From assembly GCF_000143415.4 (NCBI RefSeq), contig NW_003314398.1, forward strand, positions 1 to 64,000: a stretch of DNA of 64,000 nucleotides. Direction: 5' to 3'. Below are positions 48,549 through 59,684 of the stretch, piece after piece. How positions within the stretch are numbered: position 1 is the first letter of the stretch; the number at the start of each line of letters is the position of its first letter. The notes under the pieces are model-generated. The model had not been told where the DNA came from. It searched no databases and worked only from the letters and a program-made list of their open reading frames with translations. Origin of the DNA: Selaginella moellendorffii (lineage: Eukaryota; Plantae; Lycopodiophyta). The position numbers and the translations under genes were made by a program.

Positions 48549-50851
48549 TCAAGAGAAGAAAATATATAAGCATAGAATGGAACAGGGTAAAAAGACCAGG
48601 AAAGCTGACACGTAGAGTGCGCTTCCCCAAAACCACATCAGCTCGACGAAGCTCCACAAACCGGCTGACTCTCTCGCCAGTATGGTTAAAACTACGAGCA
48701 GAGGAAAGCACGTAAGAGCGGGCGCAAGCACCGCGTTTACGCGAGAAATGACTCCAGACTTGGGCTTCCAGAGCGCTCTCCAAGAAGAACTAAAAGGCTG
48801 AGCAGAAAGGCACATAGGAACCAAAAGCAATGCACCGGCCAGAGCTACGGAGAAGTTTACGGCGGAAAGGATTCCCAGAGCAATGCCAGTTAGACCCAGA
48901 GTTAAGGATTTTAGTGGCACATACCAATCATCTGAAGCGTGTGCATCAGATCTAAGACAAAAAACCGGAGCAAGGCACAAGCCGGACAAGAGAATCCAAA
49001 CAGCCAGCCTTGTGGGAGCAGAGGAAAATAGATGGAAAAGAATGGCTGGACAGATCGCGTTACCCAGGGACCATGTTTCAACGAGAATAACAACAAGGAT
49101 TGCTCGAGTCCAGGAGCCAGGCGTAGCTTTGACACTAGTGCAGAGCGCTGCTGCCTGTATGGGAAAATTGGAGAGGAGGAGACCGAAGGGGATAATGTAG
49201 GTACTGATGGACACGAATTTGTTGGGAGAGACCATGATGTATAGGAAAAGAGACTGATGGAACTTTTCAAGCAGGTTGTTTACTGATCGCAGAACACCTT
49301 CAATCAGCCTGCAAGCCACCGGGGAGTTTACGATCCCGTTCAATGTAGTCAAATGAAAGCTTACCTTCCGAAGTTCGTCAAGAAGTCCATATTATGCTCC
49401 AGATCTGTAGAGACCACTTCCAAAGTTACAGCATCGAGTTGGAAATCTCGAAAGGCTCCATGAGAACCTGTTGGAACTCCTAGCATCTGCATAAAACACT
49501 TCAGTTCACATACTTGACACGGTAAATACGTACTTGGTTCCAGCACGATCTCAAGAGAACAGAAACTCCATTCACGTAGTCCTCAGCCGTAGTGAAGCTC
49601 GCTTTAGCATGAGAAAGAAAAGCCTTCCGAAGCTCAGCAGCTTTTTTCCCGACAATCTCAAAGACGTATCCAACACTTCTTAACCACTGCCAATCTTTGA
49701 TCCTCGGGACACCCTCAAGAGTTAAATGGAACTGTTGCCGCCAGGAGACCAACAGGTTGACGACGCTGATCATATCCATGTTCGGCATCTGCCCGTTTGA
49801 GCCTTCAGCGTGGATTTCCAAAGAACTCACTTTGGTAGCACCAGCACCACGAGTAAACTCCAAGACAAACCCGGCTGTAATGCTTCCTGCTCGTTTGAAA
49901 AAAATGTCCCTGGAACTGTTACCATCCTGTGTATAGTGCATCCCCTCGAACGAAGAATCTGATACCAAAGGTTCATGGTACTCTTTCAACCACGCAGCAA
50001 CTGCCGTGTACTTCTCATACTTGCTGTCCGCGGCAACCCAAACGACGTCTTTTGCCAGCCAAAGAGCCCGACTTAGAAGATCTAGCAGCGACAGAGATAA
50101 ACCCATGGCGATGGCGTTCTCTGCCGTAAGATTCTCCAACTCGAAGGGTGTAACCAGCACAATGGCCTCGTTGCCGTCCCCTTGATGAGCTCTGAGTATC
50201 CCAACCGCATTGACACCAGGAGTTTGCTCGCGTCCGTCGACCAGGCAGTGCTTCCCGGCCTCGTAAGTATGTGACGTCGAGAGAAACCCGAGTATGGAGA
50301 AGGACCGGGTTGGAGGACAAAAACGATGAAAGTAGTAGTCGGCTCCAAGAGCATCCAAACGATCACCCAGCCACTTCCGAAAATCTCTGCACGACCAAAG
50401 AAAAAGATTAAAGTTTTCATAGAATGTGAGAGAGCAATAGCACTGACTTTTGAGGATCAGTGCTGCTAGAGAGTAGCGTTTGGATCTCGCGGGCAAGATC
50501 GTGCGCCTTCAAGGTATCATAATGAGAGAATGTTGCTCGAGCTGAGCCTGGAATCACGAGATCGATCGGAAAAAAATTGGAGAAGGAAAGTATTCAAACC
50601 TGGCAATAGCGCATTCTCGTCGACATAGACAGACTTCGCGAGCACTGGCAGGAGCATCAGCGACACGATCCCGGCAACGCAGCACACAAAACTGGCAGGG
50701 CATTCCAGGGAAGATTTTCACAGATGTTTCACAACTAGAGATCGCCTCACCTGACGAGCGCAGCGTGGCGGACGATCAGCACAGCAAGGCGCGCCAGCAA
50801 TCGGCCTTTGAGAGGCGGCGCCTGCCGATCCTTCTCTCCATCAGCCCCCAT
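48549..50851 (-). CDS. GPAA1: GPI transamidase component GAA1/GPAA1 (multi-exon)
   Basis: YVDENALLPG, GILRA..GDGNEAIVLV, WLAKDVVWV, EGSNGQMPNMD, RSVNNLLEKFHQS and a multi-TM C-terminus. Confidence 0.92.
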
Positions 50852-50897
50852 TCTCTTCTCAAGAACCCTAAAATATTTTTCCTTCCTGGGGAAATGT

Positions 50898-53800
50898 ATG
50901 AGCAAGTCTCTTCTCGTCGCGATTGGGAGCTGGAAGTATCCGATCGAGCAACGCACCAGGATCGCTCCCGCCGCTCCCGTGATCCTGGCGGCACTCAAGG
51001 CCTGTAGCGCTGTGAGGGATTTGGAGGCGGGCGCCAGGATCCACGCCTCGTTCTTGGAATCGAGTGGAAGCGGCGCTATCGCCAACAGCAATGTGGAGAA
51101 CAGTGTGATCCACATGTACGCCAAGTGTGGGAGCTTGCGCGATGCACGATCGGTCTTCGATTCCATCTCTCACCTCTCGGTGGTATCATGGAACGCTTTA
51201 ATCTTTGGCTACGCAGAGAATGGAGGGCCGCGCGAGGCGCTGGAGCTCTTCCAGCGGATGCAAGACGATGGATTCTCGCCAAATCCTCTCACTTTCGTGG
51301 CAGCGCTCAAGGCCTGCGTGAGCTGCGCCGATGGAGAGGAGGCCCAGAGATTGGACTGGCTGGAAAGAGGGAGAAGAATTCATAGCCAGGCTCTAGCAGC
51401 TCTAGCAAGAGGTGAAGAGCTCGGCTTGACGCTGGCAAACACGCTAGTTCACATGTACGCTAAGTGTGGCAGCGTTTTGGAAGCTCGGGAAGTTTTCGAC
51501 AAGATGGCGGAGCGCGATGCCGTGAGTTGGAACGCTCTCATGTTTGGATACGTGGACGCTGGCCAGAGCGAGCAAGCGCTAGAGCTCTTCCGGCGGATCC
51601 ACAAAGAACTTCTCCAAGGCAAGCCGAATGCTCTCACTTACGTTGCCGCGCTCAAAGCTTGTGCTACCTGTGCAGAGGAGATCCAAGACGAGGAGAGTGG
51701 TCGAGTGGAGCGAGCACAGTGGCTGGAAAAGGGAAGAGCGCTCCACTCTCGAGCTGTGGAGAGCGGGCATGAAACGGATTTGAAGGTGGCGAGCACTCTG
51801 GTGGACATGTACGCGAAGTGTGGGAGCTTGGAGGATGCCTGCCGGGTTTTCCAGCAGATGAAGAGCCACGACGTTGTCTCGTGGAATGCGATCATCATGA
51901 GCTATGCTCAAAGCGATCGAGGTGAGACTGCTCTGAGGCTCTTCGCTCAGATGTTGGAGGCTGGTTTCACGCCTAACGCGCGGACTTTTGTGGCTGCTTT
52001 GCAGGCCTGTGGCGAGCTAGCGGGTAAAGAAGGGCGGTGTGTCGAAGGCAAAGCTGTGAAAACATGGTGCCTGGAGAGAGGTATGGAGATACATTCCCAG
52101 GTGGTGAGCAGTGGCCAAACTTGCGACATTATCCTCGCCAACAAGCTGGCGGACATGTACGCAAAGTGTGGAAGCTTGCAAGACGCGTACCGGGTTTTTG
52201 AGAGGATGCCTCTTCACGATGTGGTCTCATACAACGTTATGCTGTTCGGCTACGCGGATGTGAATGAGGGAGACTTGGCACTGGAACTATACGATCGGCT
52301 GCAAGAGAAAGGTGTTGCTCCCAACTCTCAGACTTACGTTGCTGCTTTGAAGGCCTGTGCAAGCTGTGCAGTGAAAGAAGAAGGACGACAGGTAGATGGG
52401 AAACTTGTGAAAGTGAGGAACTTGGAAAGAGGAGCTGCGATTCACTCCGAAGCGAAAATCTCCGGCCTTGAAGCTGACATCAAAGTGGCAAGCACTCTGG
52501 TGGACATGTACGCCAAGTGTGGATGCGTGGAGAGAGCTTCACAGGTCTTTGACGGGATGAAGATCCGGGATGTGGTTTCCTGGAACTCCATCATTCTGGG
52601 ATACACGCAGTGCGGTGAAGGAGAGTTAGCTCTTCTCCTTTTTGTTCGGATGCAAGAAGATGGTGTGACTCCGGACGGACTAGCTTTCGTTGCAGCACTG
52701 AAAGCGTGCTCCTGCATGGCCGGGAAAGAAGAAGGAAGTAGAAGAGCAGAAGACGGGAAGATTATCAAAGCTAGATGCCTGGAGTTTGGGAAACTGATCT
52801 ACAGTGAAGCTGCGACTAGCGGCTATGGATCCGACAGCAAAGTTACTAACACAATGCTAGATACGTTGGCAAAGTGTGGTAGCATGACCGACTCTCAGAG
52901 GCTCTTCGAGAAGATCGTAGAACGAGACGTGGTCTCGTGGAACGCTATGATTCTCGGCTATGCTCAGTGTGGAGAACCCGAGCTCGGTGTGCTCTACTTC
53001 AGACGCTTGCTAGAGGAAGGTCTGGCTCCAAACGAGGTGACTCTGGTGGTGGTTCTGAAGGCTTGTGGAAGTATCGGGGGTCTGAAAGTTGGGAAAATGA
53101 TTTACGACGAGTTTATCCTGGCCGGGCTGGTTCAAGAGTGTGGAGCAATCGCAGGCTCTCTGATCGGTTTCTACGGTAAATGCGGTAGCATGGTGGACGC
53201 TCAAGAGGTATTTGATTCACTTCCTTACAAGCAGCTAGTGACTTGGAACGCACTTCTAGCAGGATATGCACACCAAGGAGATAGCCAACGAGTCTTTGAG
53301 CTATTCGAGAGCATGCAAAGTGGAAACGATCGAGTGGACATCGATGGCATCACCTTCCTCAGCCTTCTCAACGTGTGCAGCCACGCGGGCCTTGTTTCCA
53401 AGGGGAAGGAGCTCTTCGAACTTATGGCCTCGCCGAGCTACCACATCAAGCCGAGGATCGAGCACTACGCTTGCATTGTGGATCTCTTTGGCCGAGCCAA
53501 TCACCTGGCCGAGGCAGTGGCCGTGCTCAAAACGATGCCTTACAGACCGAGCCCCGCGATCTGGAGAACAGTCCTGGGAGCTTGCAGAAAGTGGAAGAAC
53601 GTCGAGCTCGCCAAGCTCGCCTTCGAAGAGATCCAGAGACTGGACAGGAAAGACGGCTCGGCGTACGTGCTCATGGCCAACACTTACGCCGCCGCGGGAA
53701 TGTGGGACGAGAGCCTGAAGCTCCACTCGTCGAGCAGGATCCAGGGAGCCGTGAGGAAGGCCGGGCAGAGCTGGTGGAGCGACGGGGCCGGGAAGCTCCA

Positions 53801-54173
53801 CTGCTTCCTGGCGGGGGACTCGAGCCACCCGCAGAACGCAGCGATCCAGGCCAGGCTCAAGAGCTTGACGATGGCGATGAAGACCGCTGGATACGTCCCC
53901 GGGCTGGAGAGCTCGCTGCTCCACAACGTCCCGGACGATGCCAAGGAGTCGGCGCTGTGCGGCCACAGCGAGCGGCTGGCGATCTGCTGCGCGCTCGTCA
54001 ACTCGGCCCCGGGGACGCCGATCCGCATCGTCAAGAGCCTCCGGGTGTGCGACGATTGCCACAGAGCCACTGCGATCATCTCCAGGGTGGAGGGGCGCGA
54101 GATCATCTGCCGGGACATGAGCCGCTTCCACGTCTTCCGGGACGGGAGGTGCTCTTGCGGAGATTTCTGGTGA
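50898..54173 (+). CDS. Intact PLS-E-DYW PPR protein (organellar C-to-U editing factor, WW-type box)
   Basis: Seven PLS triplets, E domains, AGQSWWSD box, HSERLA...CDDCH zinc motif and CSCGDFW end; first in-frame ATG at 50898. Confidence 0.93.
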   Translation: MSKSLLVAIGSWKYPIEQRTRIAPAAPVILAALKACSAVRDLEAGARIHASFLESSGSGAIANSNVENSVIHMYAKCGSLRDARSVFDSISHLSVVSWNALIFGYAENGGPREALELFQRMQDDGFSPNPLTFVAALKACVSCADGEEAQRLDWLERGRRIHSQALAALARGEELGLTLANTLVHMYAKCGSVLEAREVFDKMAERDAVSWNALMFGYVDAGQSEQALELFRRIHKELLQGKPNALTYVAALKACATCAEEIQDEESGRVERAQWLEKGRALHSRAVESGHETDLKVASTLVDMYAKCGSLEDACRVFQQMKSHDVVSWNAIIMSYAQSDRGETALRLFAQMLEAGFTPNARTFVAALQACGELAGKEGRCVEGKAVKTWCLERGMEIHSQVVSSGQTCDIILANKLADMYAKCGSLQDAYRVFERMPLHDVVSYNVMLFGYADVNEGDLALELYDRLQEKGVAPNSQTYVAALKACASCAVKEEGRQVDGKLVKVRNLERGAAIHSEAKISGLEADIKVASTLVDMYAKCGCVERASQVFDGMKIRDVVSWNSIILGYTQCGEGELALLLFVRMQEDGVTPDGLAFVAALKACSCMAGKEEGSRRAEDGKIIKARCLEFGKLIYSEAATSGYGSDSKVTNTMLDTLAKCGSMTDSQRLFEKIVERDVVSWNAMILGYAQCGEPELGVLYFRRLLEEGLAPNEVTLVVVLKACGSIGGLKVGKMIYDEFILAGLVQECGAIAGSLIGFYGKCGSMVDAQEVFDSLPYKQLVTWNALLAGYAHQGDSQRVFELFESMQSGNDRVDIDGITFLSLLNVCSHAGLVSKGKELFELMASPSYHIKPRIEHYACIVDLFGRANHLAEAVAVLKTMPYRPSPAIWRTVLGACRKWKNVELAKLAFEEIQRLDRKDGSAYVLMANTYAAAGMWDESLKLHSSSRIQGAVRKAGQSWWSDGAGKLHCFLAGDSSHPQNAAIQARLKSLTMAMKTAGYVPGLESSLLHNVPDDAKESALCGHSERLAICCALVNSAPGTPIRIVKSLRVCDDCHRATAIISRVEGREIICRDMSRFHVFRDGRCSCGDFW

Positions 54174-54176
54174 ATC

Positions 54177-54306
54177 TTAGTCAACTTGTTGACCAATCAG
54201 TCAACTTGTTGACTAAACAGTCGGTTTGTTAACTGAATATAATTTAGTCAATAGTCTTTGACTAGGAGTATTAGTCAACGGTTTAAACGGTAAGACAAAG
54301 CGTCAA
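54177..54306. promoter_or_regulatory. W-box (WRKY-binding) cluster
   Basis: Seven TTGAC(C/T)/AGTCAA sites at 54179, 54189, 54199, 54209, 54246, 54258 and 54273. Confidence 0.6.
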
Positions 54307-54486
54307 CCCAAGTCAGCGACCACGAACTTGGCTCTTTAGTGCGCCGCTCCGGAGATTTATTCTTCCTGCGTGACTTCAAACCGGGGCAGTAAATTTCGGC
54401 ACGAACTTTTTTCCAGACACCGCTGCGAACTTATATTGCCGTGTCGCGAGAAGAACGAGCATTGTAGAGCAACGAAAGCAACGAGC

Positions 54487-55518
54487 ATGAAGAAGAAGAA
54501 GAGAAGAATGCCGGCGATGGCGGTGAAGAGCGAGGCCGCGTTCCAGAGCCGGCGCGGGATCCAGCTCTCCACTTGCAGCTGGACGCCATCCTCGGCAGCA
54601 GCCACCAAAGCTCTGGTCTTCCTGTGCCACGGCTATGGCATGGAGTGCAGCGTCTTCATGAGCAAGGCCGGGGAGAAGCTCGCGGCCGCCGGCTACTGCG
54701 TCTTCGGCATCGACTACGAAGGCCACGGCAAGAGCGACGGGATGCGCTGCTACATCCGCCGCTTCGACGACATCGTGGACGACTGCCACGACTTCTTCCA
54801 CTCGGTTCGCTTGCGGCCCGAGTTCGCTGGCAAGCCGGCCTTCCTCTACGGTGAGTCCATGGGAGGTGCGGTGGCGCTACTGCTGGAGCGGCGGAGCGGC
54901 GGCGGCGGCTCCCAGAGCCCGGGAGATTCCTCCAACTGCTGGAGCGGTGCCATTCTCGTTGCGCCGATGTGTAAGATCTCCGAGAACATGCTCCCGACGC
55001 CGTGGCTGCGGTGGCTGCTCATCAAGCTCTCGGCTCTCATCCCGACTTGGAAGGTGGTTCCTATCAAGGACGTGATCGAGCAGTCGTTCAAGGACGAGCG
55101 CAAGCGCCGGGCCATCCGGAGTAACCCGTATATATACACCGATAGAATGATCCTCAAGACCGCCGTGGAGCTGCTGCTGACGAGCCTGTCACTGGAGAAG
55201 CTGCTCGGCCAGGTGAAGATGCCTTTCATTGTGTTGCATGGCGAGGATGATCGCGTCACGGACCCGGCCATCAGCAAGGAGCTCTACGCCGCGGCCAGCA
55301 GCTCGGACAAGACCATCCGGATCTACTCGGGGATGTGGCACGGCCTCACCACCGGCGAGCCCGACCATAACGTCGACTTGGTGTTCCAGGACATCACTGA
55401 GTGGCTTGACAAGAGGTGCGCAGTGGCGGACTACTCTTTGTCTTCGTTGGATGGGCTCAAGAAGCTGCAGCACGATCCTCTCTTTTGCAAAGGGATGGAT
55501 CTAGATGCTCGCTCTTAG
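54487..55518 (+). CDS. Monoacylglycerol lipase / caffeoyl-shikimate-esterase-like alpha/beta hydrolase, intronless (start at 54487, 54508 or 54517)
   Basis: FLCHGYG, GIDYEGHGKSDG, LYGESMGG (GxSxG), LHGEDDRVTDP and YSGMWHGL. Confidence 0.92.
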   Translation: MKKKKRRMPAMAVKSEAAFQSRRGIQLSTCSWTPSSAAATKALVFLCHGYGMECSVFMSKAGEKLAAAGYCVFGIDYEGHGKSDGMRCYIRRFDDIVDDCHDFFHSVRLRPEFAGKPAFLYGESMGGAVALLLERRSGGGGSQSPGDSSNCWSGAILVAPMCKISENMLPTPWLRWLLIKLSALIPTWKVVPIKDVIEQSFKDERKRRAIRSNPYIYTDRMILKTAVELLLTSLSLEKLLGQVKMPFIVLHGEDDRVTDPAISKELYAAASSSDKTIRIYSGMWHGLTTGEPDHNVDLVFQDITEWLDKRCAVADYSLSSLDGLKKLQHDPLFCKGMDLDARS

Positions 55519-55771
55519 TTGTTTTTCCATTTCAAAATTCAATGCCGGCAGCTCTGCAAAAGTATGGAGTTTTTTTAAAGCCTGGAAGAATGCGATAAAA
55601 GCTCACCTGGGTGTACAGTGCGCTAAAGTAGAGCCAGAGGCCAGCGAGAACAGTGGCTTTATCGTTTTCTATTTCCAAGGCCGAGGCGAGGCGTCGCAGT
55701 CTCACCAAAGTAGAAGGTGAGTAAAGCTCAACTTCATAAAGAAAAAATATAGTTTTTTTAGCATGAAAGGC

Positions 55772-58597
55772 TTACTCTACCGGAACTTGGCGCATCTTAC
55801 ACACCAGACGAACAGTTGGACCATCCAAGTCTGGGCCAACGCCTTTAGCAAATTCTGCGAGCTGATCGCGGGTTGCACCTACACATTGCTGGAATGTGGA
55901 CAACACAGCAGGAACGTTCATAGACAGAGCTGTCAGGACATTGCAGAGATAGTCGATGTCCGCAGATAACTGTTGAGCTCCTCGCTCGTTCAGATTGCGA
56001 ATACCACGGATCTGGTCCACGTACAGAGCAGTCGCTCCCTCAGCCACCTGAAACATCCATTTTGAGAAAAAGTTCTATGGAATTTTCAGAGCGGACAAAC
56101 CTTGAACATCCACTCTGTCGCAAAGTATTGGCCTTCTTCATCGATATCGTCCGATGTATCAGAGGTTGTCATCGATGAAGTTAATGGTTCTAGCTGCTGC
56201 GGGAGCGTGAGAAGGTACTCTCCGATGCTAGTCACGTAAGGCAGTGGATACGCGCTGAAAGATGGCAAGGCGTACGGGTTGTCTTCCTGCGGAGCACTCC
56301 ACACAGGCATACTGGCCACGTCGGCCAGCCTTACTCGCACCTTAGAAATGAGAACTTCGTAGACGAGCTCATTCGCCGCGTCTACAAAAGCTCCAACTCT
56401 CTGGGATGCATGAGCAAGAGCATGGAAACGAGGGTCGGTCGCCTGTAAATGAAATCACACAAAAATTCATATGTTTCTACGTGAATGAGGAATAGAAAAG
56501 AGATTTACCTGTTCCACGAGTGATGCAAGCTTTCGTGCTTTATCTGGCGCATCCAATACTCTCAGGCCGGCTATATCCAGCAACGCATTGGCACCGTCTT
56601 CTCTGCTTCCAGGCAACTGATTCTTAAGCCTTGAAAGTGTTCCACGTAAGCTTGCCTCGAAGACAGATAGTCGACCACTGAGACTTTCCGCAACGGTCAA
56701 TAGCTGCAGCACTCCTTGAACTATCACCCATTCTTCTTCTTCGGGAATCATGTCCTGATTTCCTTTGCCCTTGTTACTGCTTCCGTCAAGAGAATCCTTT
56801 TTTGTAGAGTCGAAAACCTGTGAAACCCCACAGACCGGTCGCAACGACTTGAGAACTTCATGCAAGCTGGAAGTGTACTGGATCATAGTTTCATCTAACG
56901 CGCGAAGGAGCGCCTCAACCTCAGAACCCCCAGTAAAGTTGAAACATCGCTCAACCGCACTCTCGAAAAAGGTGATGAGCTCTGGAACTGAAGATTCCAT
57001 TCGTTGCACTGTCTCGCTAAGTTCCACTCCACGAGAGCCAACAGATCGCTGAACAGCACCTTTCAAGTCCAGAGAACTAAGATTTGAGGATAGCTGCACC
57101 CGTTCCAACTCTCCATACCTGTAAGACACGTTATGCACTGACAATGGTGAAGAGTTGGCGTACCTTTGCTTGTAACCTTCATAAGGAGAATATACAGCTT
57201 TCAAGACTCGCATCATCTCTTGATGGTCGGCAGCTGAGAACAGGCGCTCTACATTCTTTGCAAATGAAGATGTGATATTATGAAGCATCAAAATGATGTT
57301 TAAAGGCGGCCTTTGTAATGTTTGCGCTGCAACGAAGACCGGCTTTCAGCTCTCTAAGATAAAAGTACAAAAAATACAGCAATGTAAACCTGGTGTGATG
57401 CTGGCCTCGATACGAGCAGTAAAGCTGGTCTGTATAGAGGACATAGTATCTATCAACAATTTCGAGATTAAACGGCTGTAGTCCTCCGAAAAGCAAGTCA
57501 TACACCTGTAACAATCCATCATGAGATCCCACTATCAAAAAAGGAAGCACTGCCAGACCATTTCAATTCCTGCTCTAACGTAAGCAAAACTTGATCGTAA
57601 AAAGTAGGAAGCCACTCTATAAAAGGCTTGCCACTTCCGACACCGTCAGTTGAACTCTCGTATTCGTCCCAGAGTCGACGTAATGGCTTCAATCGAACCT
57701 TACTGTACTGCTGTTCTAGCGAATTGTAGCGCCCGATAGTTAGCAGTATAGCTCGGAAAGCTTGAACCGATTCCACCTGATAAGACATATCCATTGAGGA
57801 AAGACAAAACTTAAAAAGGAAAGAACACAAGACCTTGCGTTGAGTAAGAGCATCAGTAAGACGCGTTTGAACCATTCCATCCAGCCGATTTTCCAGCGCT
57901 TCAAGCTCACGCTTTACACTTGCGAATTCCGGAACCTGCGCGTGGAGTTTTAATCTCGAAACTCCGGGAGAACAGCTTTACCTCGCCAACAACAGCCAAG
58001 CATCGACGCATGTTTGCGAGTGTTCCTGCTGCCTCATCCAAATTCCCACTGGCAAAGACAGTCTCTACACTCGCACAGAGTTGAGCCAGGCCTGCGGCAT
58101 CCTGTCTACAAAGACCAAGTCACAAAAAACGTAAACAACACCAATGGCACCTTCAAAGTTTTGTGAGCAGCCTCCATTCTCTGCTTGACAAGATCCACTC
58201 GAGAGAGCGCAGCCACGGATCCAGCCGATAGGCTCTCTGCCTTCGCAATTTCCGATAAAAATCCATCAAAAAACAGGTCCTGGATCTGAGCAAGGAAAGC
58301 AAGAAAACTTCGTACCGTTCGGAGCTTGAGGAGCATTCCCGACACGGTGGATCTGAGCGAGAGAGCGTCATCGTGGAGCCGCGACACGTCCCTGAGAGCC
58401 CTAGGTATGCGCAGCAGCGCTGCCGTGCTCTGATCCTCCAATGCGGCCGCAATATCCTCCGACGCCAGCTGCAGCTTCATCTCGAGATCGCTCAGCTGCC
58501 GCTCCGCGTCCTCGTCGGGGTGCCGCGCCCTGCAAGCAGCGTTCACCCACGCCTTGGGATCGAAGCCTTCCTCGCCGAAGGCCGCCATGTCCACCAT
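55772..58597 (-). CDS. COG7: Conserved oligomeric Golgi complex subunit 7 (multi-exon)
   Basis: FDPKAWVNAACRARHP...LEMKLQLASEDI N-terminus; LPSFSAYPLPYVTSIGEYLLTLPQQLEP; GAQQLSADIDYLCNVL. Confidence 0.92.
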
Positions 58598-58729
58598 CTC
58601 CGCCAAGAACCCTAAACAAATATTCGCAGATTCGGGCAAATTCGCATCAAAGGGTAAAAATGTTTTGCCCTATAGTGGCAATTTATTTCAAGAACGGCGA
58701 AAAAGAATCATAGAATCGTACAAATTTCT

Positions 58730-58924
58730 TCACAGATGGAGCGTTCTGGCGATGAACATCGACGCGAGGCCAGACGCTGCGATCCAAATTAGACTTGGGG
58801 CGAAAGCCATGGCACCGGAATCTGGGGGCGGTGCTGGAGCATCGGCGGATTGCGCCATCGCCATTCCAATCGCCTGCACGACCAGAAGGGCTGGAACGAC
58901 GATCAAGGACGAGCGAAAAGCCAT
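58730..58924 (-). CDS. Arabinogalactan peptide (predicted GPI-anchored)
   Basis: Signal peptide, QSADAPAPPPDSG core and hydrophobic GPI-signal-like tail; 64 aa. Confidence 0.85.
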   Translation of the reverse strand: MAFRSSLIVVPALLVVQAIGMAMAQSADAPAPPPDSGAMAFAPSLIWIAASGLASMFIARTLHL

Positions 58925-59684
58925 GACAATTTCCTGATGATCTCTAGCAGAATCCCAGCTCAAAGCAAAAGGGGCAAATTCGAAGCGAAGAGAAGAAGAC
59001 CCAGGTAAGAGCGATTGGGAGCGATTGATGGGCAATTGAGGGGCGATTACCGGGCTTTATGCATCCGTGCTTCGTGCCTGCAAAGCCAAGCACGAAAGCG
59101 ACATGAAACAGCGCCGGCTTGAAAGATTCAAAGGCGAGAACGCGTAAACATTTCACGCTTACGCCATCGTAGTGCTCGCTCGCGCGGCCGATCCGATTGA
59201 TCGATTCTTTAGTGCGAATTGTTCCAAAAGTTTGGCACTCCGTAAGTGTCACTCACTCACGATTCCTCAGGAATTCTAAGAAACAAAGAAAAAACAAGTC
59301 CGCGCGACTCGGAAGCGGGACAACCGTAGTACTAGCATTGGCGTACAATCTTGAAAGGATCAGATTCTTCCTCCGCGGGTTATTTTAAATTTTTAAGTTC
59401 GAATTCGAATGCTTTAGAAAGATCCCAAGGGGCGGGAAAAGGCAGGGCGGATTAGGTCTAGCTTTAGGGCTAAATCTTGGGCAGGTATGGTAGATCTTGG
59501 TGTAAGCACTCCAAGAAGCGTGGTTGTCTTGGCTCCAGATGAAGGTTGCAATGGCAATGATTTTACCTATCGGGATTATTTGAGTGCGATTAGAAGAATC
59601 AATTCTTGGAATGAATTGGTTTAAAGATTGTCATGACACCCAATTGGTAAAACAAAAATTTGGTTTCAATCTTGATCCAGTTTC

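Noticed and set aside
53266-55504. Long overlapping and antisense ORFs (e.g. 53301-54131, 53375-54232)
   Set aside because: Shadow ORFs of GC-rich coding sequence
48549-58924. Functional cluster of GPAA1, COG7 and a GPI-anchored AG-peptide
   Set aside because: Unrelated genes are interspersed; adjacency is expected by chance in a compact genome
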